64,000 nt of DNA, from the NCBI GenBank assembly GCA_964556325.1, contig CAZKVS010000002.1, positions 13,599 to 77,598 of the forward strand. Reading direction: 5' to 3'. Below, piece by piece: positions 36,961 through 46,745 of this stretch. Position 1 is the first letter of the stretch; the number at the start of each line of letters is the position of its first letter. Both the position numbers and the translations under genes were made by a program. Below the pieces are notes generated by a model. The model was not told the DNA's origin. It did no database searches and saw only the letters and a list, made by a program, of their open reading frames with translations. Origin of the DNA: an uncultured Candidatus Saccharibacteria bacterium (lineage in GTDB: Bacteria; Patescibacteriota; Doudnabacteria; UBA920).

Positions 36961-37332
36961 ATGAAAGTCATCCTCTACTATCTTTTCCTACTTATTGGCA
37001 TTGCACTCATTACCGGCTTTGTTATGTCTCAAAGCACAGACGGTACTATGAGCATGTCCATGACGCAAGCTCTCAGCCTTGCCGGCCTACTTGCGCTTTA
37101 CACAGTAGCTATGTCGCTCGTAGGTGAAGGCAAACTGGAAGATGAGCGCGAACTACAACATCGCTACATTGCTAACCGTGCGGGCCTTATTGCCGGCACT
37201 GCATTGCTCGCCGTGGCGCTTATGTTTCAGCTATTCATTACCCACCGCATAGACTACTGGCTGCTCACCGGCCTTATAGTTATAAACCTAACCAAAATCA
37301 TCAGTCTTATCTGGTTGAATTACAAAAAATAA
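36961..37332 (+). CDS. Small membrane protein (partner of the XRE regulator)
   Basis: Four predicted TM segments. The XRE plus small-membrane-protein pair resembles YozG/YvaZ-type modules. Confidence 0.5.
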   Translation: MKVILYYLFLLIGIALITGFVMSQSTDGTMSMSMTQALSLAGLLALYTVAMSLVGEGKLEDERELQHRYIANRAGLIAGTALLAVALMFQLFITHRIDYWLLTGLIVINLTKIISLIWLNYKK

Positions 37333-37362
37333 ACCGGCATATGCCGGTTTATTTTTAAGAGA
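37333..37362. terminator. Bidirectional terminator AACCGGCATATGCCGGTT plus T-run
   Basis: Perfect palindrome flanked by A/T runs between convergent genes. Confidence 0.75.
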
Positions 37363-37365
37363 TCA

Positions 37366-37827
37366 CTATTCGTAAACCTGAGCCCGATTATCCCCAGGCG
37401 TATGGTTTGGAACAACGACATTCCTAACATTACCGCTATTATATTTGGCGGAAGGTTGGCTATGGGGTTTCTTAGCAGTAAACTGAGGAGCAAGCTCGTC
37501 GTCCAAAGCAAATTCGCGACGTGCCGCCTCTGTTGCCGCGCCATCCACTGCTCTCTTTTGTGCAGCCTCGTCGAATAGGCGCTGACCCGTAAACTGAGGA
37601 GCGAGTTCATCGTCTAATGCAATCTCTGCTCGAGCTCGAGCCAACGCGGCCTCATCTTTTTCTCTCTGGATGGCCGAAGCAGCGATTTGCGCAGCTTCTA
37701 AATTTTTCGCAGCTTGTGCTAACACCCCATTCTCAGGTTGATATGGCTTCTCAGCCTTACCCTCATTAAAGCTGGGGTTAAGAGCTTCTACGTCGCTGTC
37801 TTCAAAAACCTGTATTTCGTGTTTCAT
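37366..37827 (-). CDS. Hypothetical acidic protein with an internal 'ALDDELAPQFT' duplication
   Basis: 153-aa ORF of low-complexity, Ala/Glu-rich sequence with a two-copy internal repeat. Confidence 0.45.
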   Translation of the reverse strand: MKHEIQVFEDSDVEALNPSFNEGKAEKPYQPENGVLAQAAKNLEAAQIAASAIQREKDEAALARARAEIALDDELAPQFTGQRLFDEAAQKRAVDGAATEAARREFALDDELAPQFTAKKPHSQPSAKYNSGNVRNVVVPNHTPGDNRAQVYE

Positions 37828-37884
37828 ACATTTAATGTAAAAATAGTCTAAATATTAAAAACTTAGTTTATTTACTACTAGACA

Positions 37885-38601
37885 CTATTCCCCTACCAAC
37901 TCCACTAAAACCGCATATTCCGAATTGTTTGGACCAAACTTACGAGACATGCCGTAATGTTTACCATCTAGCACCACTTCGAACAGCGGTACAGCCTGAG
38001 CTTTTACACCGACTGTCTCGACATAAGTATTTGACCACTGCCGATTATATTGATCAACTAGCATTTGCGCACTCTCCATACTGTTTATAGCTTGCAAGGC
38101 TTGAGTCAGCTCGCCAATCTTCATCAAATCCGGCGCAAACTCGGCTTTGTCGCCGGGCTTTCCAGACCACACAACCTTCCCTCCTTCTACTTTTTGGTAA
38201 ATAGGAGGAGCGTCTGGTGGGGGCGGTATTATTTCGCTTCCACTTTGCTGCGCCTCAGCCTCTTGTTGTTGTTGTAATGCCAGCACAAGTTCAGACCCAA
38301 CCCGCAAAGCTTCAGCCTGAGGCACGCTCATCAGCACTAACTCTTGTGCGATTCCGCTGACTGTATAAGCGGGTAGTTCCGTTGAGCGGGGTTTCATATG
38401 CCTATCGAGAAAGCTCCGCCAAACTTCATCAGTTAAGGGAAACGGCTTCTGTATAAAAGTTGCCTCGCCCTTTTCCAACTCCCGAGTAATTGCAGCCGGT
38501 TTAATTTCCGCAGTCTGTGCCGCAGCACTTGCAGATACAAATTCAGCCCTGCCTAAATTAGGCTCATGAAGTTGCTCTGGATACGCATCTATGTTGGACA
38601 T
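37885..38601 (-). CDS. Hypothetical protein
   Basis: 238-aa ORF with coding-like composition and no recognisable domain. Confidence 0.5.
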   Translation of the reverse strand: MSNIDAYPEQLHEPNLGRAEFVSASAAAQTAEIKPAAITRELEKGEATFIQKPFPLTDEVWRSFLDRHMKPRSTELPAYTVSGIAQELVLMSVPQAEALRVGSELVLALQQQQEAEAQQSGSEIIPPPPDAPPIYQKVEGGKVVWSGKPGDKAEFAPDLMKIGELTQALQAINSMESAQMLVDQYNRQWSNTYVETVGVKAQAVPLFEVVLDGKHYGMSRKFGPNNSEYAVLVELVGE

Positions 38602-38649
38602 TTTTGTTTCGAAAATTTAACTATTTTGTCTATTATAGCATACATGAGG

Positions 38650-38690
38650 CAATAAATCAAATTAAAAACCTTTCTGCGTTCTGCAGAAAG
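38650..38690 (-). terminator. Terminator after uvrA (AAACCTTTCTGC-gtt-CTGCAGAAAGGTTT)
   Basis: 12-bp hairpin with T-runs on both sides. Confidence 0.75.
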
Positions 38691-38702
38691 GTTTTTTAGT
38701 TT

Positions 38703-41561
38703 CTATAAAATTTTCTTTAAGTACTGACCGGTGTAACTATCTTTTACTTTTGCTACGTCTTCCGGTGTACCTACCGCGACTATTTTTCCGCCCTTATCTC
38801 CCCCTTCGGGACCGAGGTCAATGAGCCAGTCAGCAGTTTTTATCATGTCTAAGTTATGTTCAATCACCACTACGGAGTTTCCTTTTTCAACTAGCTTGTT
38901 CAAAACATGGATGAGTCGTTTTACATCGGCAAAGTGCAAGCCGGTTGTGGGCTCGTCCAATATGTAGAGCGTGCGGCCGGTAGAGGCACGAGAAAGTTCA
39001 GTCGCAAGTTTAATACGCTGCGCTTCTCCACCCGAGAGGGTGGTGGCATTCTGCCCTAAATGCATATAGCCCAAACCAACTTCCGACAGCGTGTCCAGTT
39101 TCTTTTTAATAGACGGTATATGAGTGAAGAACGCCGCGCCCTCATCTACAGTCATTTCTAATACATCGGAAATAGTCCTCTCTTTGTAGTGAATCTCCAA
39201 CGCTTCCCGGTTATACCGCTTGCCTTTACACTCCTCACAAGTAATGTACACATCGGGCAAAAAGTTCATTTCTACTTTTATAACACCATCACCGCTACAC
39301 TTTTCACACCGACCACCTTTTACGTTGAAACTAAACCGACCCGCAGAGTACCCTTTCATTTTCGCTTCACGTGTATCGGCAAACAAGTCACGAATAGGCG
39401 TAAACAGACCGGTGTATGTAGCAGGGTTACTGCGTGGCGTGCGACCTATTGGGCTTTGGTCTATGTTTATAAACTTATCTATATTATCTACTCCCAATAC
39501 TTTTTTATGCTTGCCTGGTTCCGCTAAACTATTGTAAAAATAGTTACCTAAGTAGTTAGCTAAGATGTCGTTCAGCAAAGTGGACTTGCCACTTCCCGAC
39601 ACACCGGTAATGCACACAAACTTACCGAGTGGAATATCTATGTTTACATCTTTCAAGTTAAACTCTGAAGCACCCACTATGGAAAGCTTACGGCCGTTAC
39701 CTGCACGCCGGCGCTTGGGCACAGCTATTTCTTCTTTGCCCGACAAGTAGTGACCAGTTACAGACTTGGGGTTCTTTTCTACTTCTTTGGGCGTGCCTTC
39801 TGCCACCAACACACCCCCATGCTTACCCGCACCAGGACCGATGTCTATGAGCCAGTCCGCTTCGCGCATGGTTTCTTCATCATGCTCTACCACTATTACG
39901 GTGTTACCTAAATCACGTAAGTTCTTTAACGTTGCCAACAATCGTCCGTTGTCCCGCTGGTGTAGCCCAATGGATGGTTCGTCTAATATATAGAGCACTC
40001 CGGTAAGACCGGAACCAATTTGAGTCGCTAGACGAATGCGCTGTGCTTCTCCACCGGACAACGTGTCCGCCGTACGGTCTAAAGTTAAGTAGGACAAACC
40101 TACATTCAACAAGAACGAAAGACGCGCAGATATTTCTTTTAACACCAACTTCGCAATAGCCAAGTCTTTCGCGTTGAGCTGTTTGGGCAGTGCTTCAAAG
40201 AATGTATGCGTACTTTCAATGCTTCCGGCTGAGACTTCTACTATACCCTTACCGCCAACCGTTACGGCCAGTACCTCGGGTTTAAGACGCTTGCCGCCAC
40301 AGGTAGGACAGGTGCGTACGCGCATGTACTGTTCTATTTCCCCACGCATAAAGTCCGAATCGGTTTCACGGAACCGACGCTCCAAGTTGGGCACCACACC
40401 TTCAAACACGGCTTCGTAGCTGTTTAAGCCGTAGTCCATAGGCATTTTAATTTTCTTCTCTCCCGTACCATATAACACCACATCCAAGTACTTCTTTGGC
40501 AAGTCTTTCACCGGAGTATCTATAGAAAAACCATACTCTTTAGAAAGCGCGGTGAGTACTCGCAAGTACCAACCCTGTCGGCCTACTGTTTTGCTCCATG
40601 GACGAACAGCGCCTTCGGCTAAGGTAAGTTTTTGGTTGGGAATAACTAAGTCTGTTTCTACAATAAGTTTATTACCCAAACCTTTACAGTCGGGACACGC
40701 ACCATGGGGGCTGTTGAAAGAAAAGTTACGCGGGTCAAGCTCAGTCATTTGCACATGACCTTCCGGACAGGCAAAGTTTTGTGACAACACACTTTCCCCT
40801 ACTACCTTATTGCCGCCGTCCAAGGTGAGCACAATCACCAAACCATCACCAAGGTCAGCAGCTTTTTCTAAGCTTTCAGATATACGCCCGCGGGCCTCCT
40901 GACTCACCGTCACGCGGTCCACTATAACTTCTATACTATGTTTTTTCTGCTTGTCTAAATTCAGCGTGAGTGCTTCATCAAGCTCCATAACAGCGCCATC
41001 TACGCGTACACGAGCAAAGCCCGCCTTGCGGATGTTTTCAAACACCAACCGATGCTCACCCTTCTGGTCCCGAATAAACGGAGCCAGGAGCATAAGCTTG
41101 GTGGACTCGGGCAAACTTACTAACTGGTCGGCCATGGACGCAATGGTCTGGCCAGTAATTTTCTTTCCGCAGACGGGACAATGTGGCTGACCCACGCGTG
41201 CCCAGAGTAAACGCATGTAATCGTAAATTTCTGTAACAGTGCCCACGGTGGAGCGAGGGTTATGAGAGGCAGACTTCTGGTCTATAGATATAGCCGGAGA
41301 CAAACCTTCTATTTTGTCTACATCTGGCTTGTCCATAAGGCCAATAAACTGGCGGGCATAGGCCGAAAGGGACTCCACATACCGGCGTTGTCCTTCAGCG
41401 TAAATAGTATCAAACGCCAGAGAAGACTTACCCGACCCAGAGAGACCGGTTATAACCACCAACTTGTTGCGCGGGATGTCTATGTCTATCCCCTTCAAGT
41501 TATGTTGCCTGGCGCCGCGAATAGAAATATATTTCGATAAATCTTTTGTTTCTTTAGCCAT
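38703..41561 (-). CDS. uvrA: Excinuclease ABC subunit A
   Basis: Two ABC ATPase modules ([20 protein letters not shown]) and zinc-finger Cys clusters. Start taken at MAKETKDL (41561). Confidence 0.95.
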   Translation of the reverse strand: MAKETKDLSKYISIRGARQHNLKGIDIDIPRNKLVVITGLSGSGKSSLAFDTIYAEGQRRYVESLSAYARQFIGLMDKPDVDKIEGLSPAISIDQKSASHNPRSTVGTVTEIYDYMRLLWARVGQPHCPVCGKKITGQTIASMADQLVSLPESTKLMLLAPFIRDQKGEHRLVFENIRKAGFARVRVDGAVMELDEALTLNLDKQKKHSIEVIVDRVTVSQEARGRISESLEKAADLGDGLVIVLTLDGGNKVVGESVLSQNFACPEGHVQMTELDPRNFSFNSPHGACPDCKGLGNKLIVETDLVIPNQKLTLAEGAVRPWSKTVGRQGWYLRVLTALSKEYGFSIDTPVKDLPKKYLDVVLYGTGEKKIKMPMDYGLNSYEAVFEGVVPNLERRFRETDSDFMRGEIEQYMRVRTCPTCGGKRLKPEVLAVTVGGKGIVEVSAGSIESTHTFFEALPKQLNAKDLAIAKLVLKEISARLSFLLNVGLSYLTLDRTADTLSGGEAQRIRLATQIGSGLTGVLYILDEPSIGLHQRDNGRLLATLKNLRDLGNTVIVVEHDEETMREADWLIDIGPGAGKHGGVLVAEGTPKEVEKNPKSVTGHYLSGKEEIAVPKRRRAGNGRKLSIVGASEFNLKDVNIDIPLGKFVCITGVSGSGKSTLLNDILANYLGNYFYNSLAEPGKHKKVLGVDNIDKFINIDQSPIGRTPRSNPATYTGLFTPIRDLFADTREAKMKGYSAGRFSFNVKGGRCEKCSGDGVIKVEMNFLPDVYITCEECKGKRYNREALEIHYKERTISDVLEMTVDEGAAFFTHIPSIKKKLDTLSEVGLGYMHLGQNATTLSGGEAQRIKLATELSRASTGRTLYILDEPTTGLHFADVKRLIHVLNKLVEKGNSVVVIEHNLDMIKTADWLIDLGPEGGDKGGKIVAVGTPEDVAKVKDSYTGQYLKKIL

Positions 41562-41813
41562 AGGAAAGTGGATAGTGACTAGTGGACAGTGACTAGTATA
41601 CAAACCTGTACACTGTTCACTGGTAACTGTCTACTGTTACTTATACTAACGTACACCTTAGCATAAAAATGACAAAGATTCAAGACTCTAGAAAATTATT
41701 CATGAAAACTTAATATAAATAAAAAAAGACGAGCACACCTGCACTCGTCACCAGTAAACTGGATTTTCAAAGAGCTTACTAGACTGAGGATTACCCAGCC
41801 AGGTTATTAACTG

Positions 41814-41963
41814 TTAAACTGCGGAGCGTATCGCAAAAACGATAAACGCTACTGCAGCTAAAACTAACAGTCCCCCTATCACAAAAATAAGAGGCCAACT
41901 AACAACTGGCAAACCTCCGACCATACGAAAGTGAAACCAGCGTCTGAAAGTTTTTGACTTCAA
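41814..41963 (-). CDS. Putative small membrane protein (49 aa, TTG start)
   Basis: Own translation: (M)KSKTFRRWFHFRMVGGLPVVSWPLIFVIGGLLVLAAVAFIVFAIRSAV. AGGAGG Shine-Dalgarno 7 nt upstream of TTG. Not in the ORF track. Confidence 0.3.
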   Translation of the reverse strand: MKSKTFRRWFHFRMVGGLPVVSWPLIFVIGGLLVLAAVAFIVFAIRSAV

Positions 41964-42016
41964 GCTTCCGCCTCCTGGTTTATTGAAAGCCAGTCAACGA
42001 CTGACTAAGTTTTAGC

Positions 42017-42433
42017 TCAAGTTGCGGCCCGAATTTTCTCGAGCTGTGGCAAGATAAACCAGTAAAGTAAAATCTGTTGGAAGACGAATAGCACTATCAC
42101 CGCTGACAACGCACTCCATCCGCTAATTTTGAACCATCCGCGAGCCATCCACGGAGCCGTGGCCAAGTGAATGCACGTCATAGACAAAAACAAAATAAGT
42201 ATTGTCCATGCGGTGCGCTTAACCGCGACCCGAAGAAAGGCATCGGCGAGCAAGTTTCCGCTCTTGCTGTGAACAACAAGCATGGCAATAATCGCCGCCG
42301 CCCACAGACAAAATGTGGCCCGGCCAATGTACCGGGATTGCGGAGTACCAAGTGCCAGAAAATGCCAGACGGCAGAAGCGATGAACACAAACGAGGCCGT
42401 TGTAGCAATTGTCCGAGCAGTTTTAGGTGTCAT
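42017..42433 (-). CDS. Hypothetical membrane protein (4 TM)
   Basis: 138-aa hydrophobic ORF. Confidence 0.5.
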   Translation of the reverse strand: MTPKTARTIATTASFVFIASAVWHFLALGTPQSRYIGRATFCLWAAAIIAMLVVHSKSGNLLADAFLRVAVKRTAWTILILFLSMTCIHLATAPWMARGWFKISGWSALSAVIVLFVFQQILLYWFILPQLEKIRAAT

Positions 42434-42781
42434 AAAACTTTCCTCTCAAGTTGCGAACATTGTGGTTTGACTAGTCGCCTGACTAGCCCCGGCTGTAGGC
42501 CGAACTTGGAAATTATCTCCCCTGCGTTGCAGGGGCGGTGGGTGTGTTCGTTTGCTTTGACCCTGAAAGGCCAAAGGCAATCACACCTAAAAGCAACACC
42601 AAAACCACGACCAATATTTTCATATCTTGTCCGCAAAATCGGCCAAATCCATGACCGACGACGTTTTCTTGCAAGTACAAGAAAGGCTATGAAAGTTCTT
42701 TGCTGTTCATAAACCCTCCTTGTAGGCTTAAAAAGGCAACAGACAAAACCACCGCGGGGGTGGTTTTTGTTTGCTATAATT

Positions 42782-44941
42782 ATGGCACAAATGGCCGAAT
42801 TAAAGCAACAAATTACTCACTTCCCCCACCAGCCTGGATGCTACCTGTTTCGGGACGCCACGGGCTTAGTTTTGTACGTGGGCAAAGCCAAAGACTTGCG
42901 GAAACGAGTCAGCCAGTACTTTGGACAGGACAAACGACCGCAGCTACCGTTCTTAATCGAGGACGCCTCAGACATAGACTATATAGTAGCCCGTACTGAG
43001 CTTGAAGCACTGTTTCTAGAAAACACGCTCATTAAAAAACACAACCCGAAGTACAACATAAAGCTTAAGGACGATAAAAACTACGCGTTCATTGCCATAG
43101 ACTACTCCACTCAAATTCCTCAAATTGGGTATGTACGGAAAATTACTGACGCATCCGACTTTACCCCGTTTGTAAACCCATCCGCTTCTTGGGGCAGTGG
43201 CAAGCATGAGCGTAAGACGCTCAAGTGGAAAGGGAAAAGTGGAAAGGGAAAAGTGGATTCCAAATCTTCAGGTCTACAACCTACAACCTACAACCTACAA
43301 CCTAGTTCTTACTTTGGTCCGTATTCATCAGTTAAAAAAATTCGGGAGACGCTCGACTTCGTACGAAAAATATTTCCCTACTGTGCTAACACGGAAGTAA
43401 GTGGTCGGCCTTGTTTTTACTATCACTTACACCGCTGTCCCGGCGTATGCGTGGGTGCGGTTTCTTTGGAGGAATACCAAAAAAGTTTGGCTCGCATTAA
43501 ACTCTTTCTCAACGGCAAAACAACAGAGATTAAAAAAGAGCTTAAAACGAGCATGGAGTATGCAGCGGAAACCAAACGATTTGAGTTGGCCGCGCGACTG
43601 CGCGACCAGCTGCGCGCACTTGAGTTACTAGACGAGCGACAAATTGCCCAGTTCCCCACCAGAGTAGACTACGACTTTATTTCCCTCGCTACGCAAAACC
43701 ATTTGCGGTGCGTCAACCTGTTTAAAGTGCGCGGCGGCAAACTGACCGACAAAGAAAACTTTATATACACCGCTCCTACGGATTTAAAACTAGAAGCTAG
43801 CAGCTGGAAGCTAGAAGCTATTATTCAGACCTTTGCGGAAACCTACTACGCAGAAACCACAGATTTACCCAGCGCAGTTTTTACCCAACACCCACTCACA
43901 GATACCCCATTAATAGATGAACTCCTCAAACATCGGAAAGGTAAAAGGGTTACCCTCTCTGTTCCCCGCCGTGGGAAGGCACACCAACTTATTAAACTTG
44001 GCCAGGTAAATGCTGAAGAATGTTTACGCAAAACCCTCGCCACAGACGCGACTGATTCTGATAAAATCCAAGATTCCCTAGAGAAGCTACAGAAGCTTTT
44101 GAAGCTTGCCCAGCTGCCCCGACGGATTGAGTGCTATGACATGTCTAACACCCAAGGCACTAACCCTGTAGGCAGCATGGTTGTTTTTATAGATGGCAAA
44201 CCCGCTAAAGGTGAATACCGTAAATTTAAGATTCGCTCCAAAGACACCCCCGACGACTTTGCTATGATGCGTGAGACGTTATCCAGACGGCTCCGCCGTC
44301 TGAACCCTCCCCCTCTTGAGGGGGAGATGGAGGGGGTCATAGTGAAAGATAAAAATGGTAAAGACATCAAAGAACCAAATCATTCTATGACCTCCCCTAA
44401 CCCCTCCTCAAGAGGAGGGGAACAAATGCCATGGCCGCGACCCGACTTAATAGTAATAGACGGAGGTAAAGGCCAGCTCTCTGCTGCGCTCGAAGCGCAG
44501 GAACAAGTCGAAGGTCATCAAGTCGAAAGTCAAAAGTCGAAAATCCGAGATGATAACCCAGATGGCACCCTGCCCCCTAACCCCTTAGCCCTTAGCCCTA
44601 TCCCAATGATTGGATTAGCAAAAAGGATCGAAGAAATATTTCTCCCCCACAATCCCGAACCAATTGTGCTGAGTCATGACCACCCTTCTCTCCAACTTCT
44701 CCAACGTTTACGTGACGAGGCACATCGCTTTGGCATAACCTTCCACCGCAGCCTCCGTAGTAAGCAAGCCACCAAATCCGCACTCGACACTATTCCGGGC
44801 ATTGGCCCTAAAACAAAAAAACTCCTAAAACAGAAGTTTGGCACAGTAAGTGCGATTAAGAAAATCGCACTAGAAGAAATAGAAAAGTTAGAAGAATTAG
44901 TAGGCAAAACTAAAGCCGGTATTATAAAAAAGAATTTGTAG
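42782..44941 (+). CDS. uvrC: Excinuclease ABC subunit C, expanded (723 aa) by several in-frame repeat-derived insertions
   Basis: GIY-YIG N-terminus ('GCYLFRDATGLVLYVGKAKDLRKRVSQYF'), UvrBC-interaction region, RNase H-like endonuclease ('IDGGKGQL', 'GLAKRIEEIF'), C-terminal HhH. ATG at 42782 preferred over the TTG at 42767. Confidence 0.9.
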   Translation: MAQMAELKQQITHFPHQPGCYLFRDATGLVLYVGKAKDLRKRVSQYFGQDKRPQLPFLIEDASDIDYIVARTELEALFLENTLIKKHNPKYNIKLKDDKNYAFIAIDYSTQIPQIGYVRKITDASDFTPFVNPSASWGSGKHERKTLKWKGKSGKGKVDSKSSGLQPTTYNLQPSSYFGPYSSVKKIRETLDFVRKIFPYCANTEVSGRPCFYYHLHRCPGVCVGAVSLEEYQKSLARIKLFLNGKTTEIKKELKTSMEYAAETKRFELAARLRDQLRALELLDERQIAQFPTRVDYDFISLATQNHLRCVNLFKVRGGKLTDKENFIYTAPTDLKLEASSWKLEAIIQTFAETYYAETTDLPSAVFTQHPLTDTPLIDELLKHRKGKRVTLSVPRRGKAHQLIKLGQVNAEECLRKTLATDATDSDKIQDSLEKLQKLLKLAQLPRRIECYDMSNTQGTNPVGSMVVFIDGKPAKGEYRKFKIRSKDTPDDFAMMRETLSRRLRRLNPPPLEGEMEGVIVKDKNGKDIKEPNHSMTSPNPSSRGGEQMPWPRPDLIVIDGGKGQLSAALEAQEQVEGHQVESQKSKIRDDNPDGTLPPNPLALSPIPMIGLAKRIEEIFLPHNPEPIVLSHDHPSLQLLQRLRDEAHRFGITFHRSLRSKQATKSALDTIPGIGPKTKKLLKQKFGTVSAIKKIALEEIEKLEELVGKTKAGIIKKNL

Positions 44942-44983
44942 TCGTCTTGTCGTTCCGACCTCCGAGCCGGAACCTAGGTTAAA

Positions 44984-45030
44984 TTAAAACCGACCAGTGT
45001 TCATCTCGTAAAAGATGTTCATTGGTCGGC
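44984..45030. terminator. Imperfect long hairpin between convergent uvrC and the 45093 gene
   Basis: CCGACCA...CATCT-cgtaaa-AGATG...TGGTCGG. Confidence 0.5.
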
Positions 45031-45092
45031 TCTGTTTCCGGGTCTTGTGCCCGTTTTTATCTATCCTCTCCTGCTTGATTTAGTTTTGCCCA

Positions 45093-45704
45093 CTAGGGCT
45101 TCTTCGGTTTGATTCTATTCCAGGCGCCACCGAGAGCGTCTTTCGTGGCCTTGGCACCGTCGCCAAGCTTTTCTTTGCCCTTATCTACCGCAGTAGACTT
45201 TTTGGCGTTAGCTCCCAGCTCAACAAATTTCTTGCCTTCGTCAAAGATCTTGGCCTGGCTGACGGTACCACCTGCTTCGTAACACACCACGCGGAGGTGT
45301 GCCAACTCTTTGCCGGCTGGATCATCCCATCTAACTACATAGATAAGCAAGTTCTTCTTCTCGCGAGGGATGCGGTCGTCGTCCAACCACAACAGGCTCT
45401 TGGAACCGTTGGGCGCCTTTGTCAAAATGAGGTGATCAATTTTATTCTTGACCCCCCAAGCGTCCATCAACGCCATAGCCTCTTTGCTGTAGTGGGCAAC
45501 AGTGCCCACATCCGTTGCCAGGGCGGTGGTGGAATGAATTTCCTGTTCAGCAATGCCGAGCAGGCTCCACACACTGGCATCAAGACAACGTGAATTCGGA
45601 TCGGCGCATCCACCTTTCGGGTTTTGCGCTGAGACGTTAATTGCCAAAGCCGCCGTGAACGCGACGACCAAAGTTGCTGCGATCAAACTTTTGATTCTTT
45701 GCAT
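45093..45704 (-). CDS. Hypothetical secreted protein
   Basis: N-terminal signal peptide ('LIAATLVVAFTAALAINVSAQ'). 203 aa. Lys-rich C-terminus. Confidence 0.5.
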   Translation of the reverse strand: MQRIKSLIAATLVVAFTAALAINVSAQNPKGGCADPNSRCLDASVWSLLGIAEQEIHSTTALATDVGTVAHYSKEAMALMDAWGVKNKIDHLILTKAPNGSKSLLWLDDDRIPREKKNLLIYVVRWDDPAGKELAHLRVVCYEAGGTVSQAKIFDEGKKFVELGANAKKSTAVDKGKEKLGDGAKATKDALGGAWNRIKPKKP

Positions 45705-45797
45705 ACCGATTTTCCTCTGCTGCTGTTTTTAGTTTTGGCCAGCGTTACTACGAACTTTGCCAGAGTTCTTACTAGCCACCGACGGCGCTCTCAACGC

Positions 45798-46205
45798 TTA
45801 CTTCCCTGACAAAGGACCTGACCACTCGAACTTGTAGCCTTTGTGCGTCTTCGCAAACTGCTGCTTGACCGCCGCCTCAATACCAGCCCTTTCGTCCGGG
45901 CATATTGGGGGATTAAACCAGTGATCGTTTTCAAGCGACCCCGAAGCTGGCGAGTAAGCCGGCCCGAACATTGCGATTGTCTTGTCGCTTGTTTCGATGT
46001 AAACAAGGACATTGCTTCCCTTGTAGACAGCCTTTTTGTTAACACCTTTGCCAGCGGTTCTCAGCACTGCGGGAGAACCGAGACAGTCGGCAGGAATACG
46101 ATCTTGAGCAGCAACGACGGGCACCGTAATCGAAGTTGAAAGCGTGGCAATGGCGGTTAAAGCCAAAGCCAGAAGTGCGACGAGCAGATGTTTTTTAAGC
46201 ATCAC
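45798..46205 (-). CDS. Hypothetical small secreted protein
   Basis: Signal peptide ('LLVALLALALTAIATLS'). 135 aa. Two Cys. Confidence 0.5.
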   Translation of the reverse strand: MMLKKHLLVALLALALTAIATLSTSITVPVVAAQDRIPADCLGSPAVLRTAGKGVNKKAVYKGSNVLVYIETSDKTIAMFGPAYSPASGSLENDHWFNPPICPDERAGIEAAVKQQFAKTHKGYKFEWSGPLSGK

Positions 46206-46487
46206 GTAGACTCCTTGTTTTGTGTTGGTGATTAACCAGAATAGCGTTCTACCAAGCGCTTTCTAATTAATCGGATTGTGAAAGAACTACGTAGGTTTTG
46301 GCGGTAGAGAATAAAGCTCTTAAGTAAGCGCTATTCTCTGCGGCCAAACTTAACATTACTATATATTATACGACATATATGTATATATGTCAAGATTGAC
46401 CAATACCCCCTGTTTCCCGTATGCTAAATGAGCTTAAGTGGCATTTTCTGTTCACTTTCCACTTTTCACTATTCACTAGTTCTAAAA

Positions 46488-46724
46488 ATGAAACTCTTAC
46501 CTCAAATTCTCCAACTCTCCAACATTATAGTTATGGCTTTGCTAATTATTTTTATAATTATGCAAAACCGTTCCCAAGGTCTTTCCACTGTGTTTGGTGG
46601 TAGTGGCGGTATTTCCGCGACTCGTCGTGGCTTTGAAAAGTGGGTTTTCTACGCAACTATAGTTATGTCTGTTTTATTTGTTGGTTTAAGTGTTGCAAGC
46701 CTTATAGTGGCAACTCGCCACTAA
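46488..46724 (+). CDS. secG: Preprotein translocase subunit SecG
   Basis: 'GLSTVFGGSGGISATRRGFEKWVFYATIVMSVLFVGL' matches the SecG pattern (G-rich loop between two TM helices). Start at MKLLP. Confidence 0.75.
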   Translation: MKLLPQILQLSNIIVMALLIIFIIMQNRSQGLSTVFGGSGGISATRRGFEKWVFYATIVMSVLFVGLSVASLIVATRH

Positions 46725-46745
46725 GCCTGTTCCCAATTTATATTT

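Noticed and set aside
42430-42636. 68-aa minus-strand ORF between the 42017 gene and uvrC
   Set aside because: Its translation (MRTRYENIGRGFGVAFRCDCLWPFRVKANEH...) has no signal. A different frame gives a cleaner 36-aa TM peptide, which is itself low confidence.
42767-42781. TTG start for uvrC at 42767 (track)
   Set aside because: An ATG at 42782 (MAQMAELKQ) directly follows a TATAAT box. The TTG extension would add hydrophobic 'MFAII' read from the terminator T-run.
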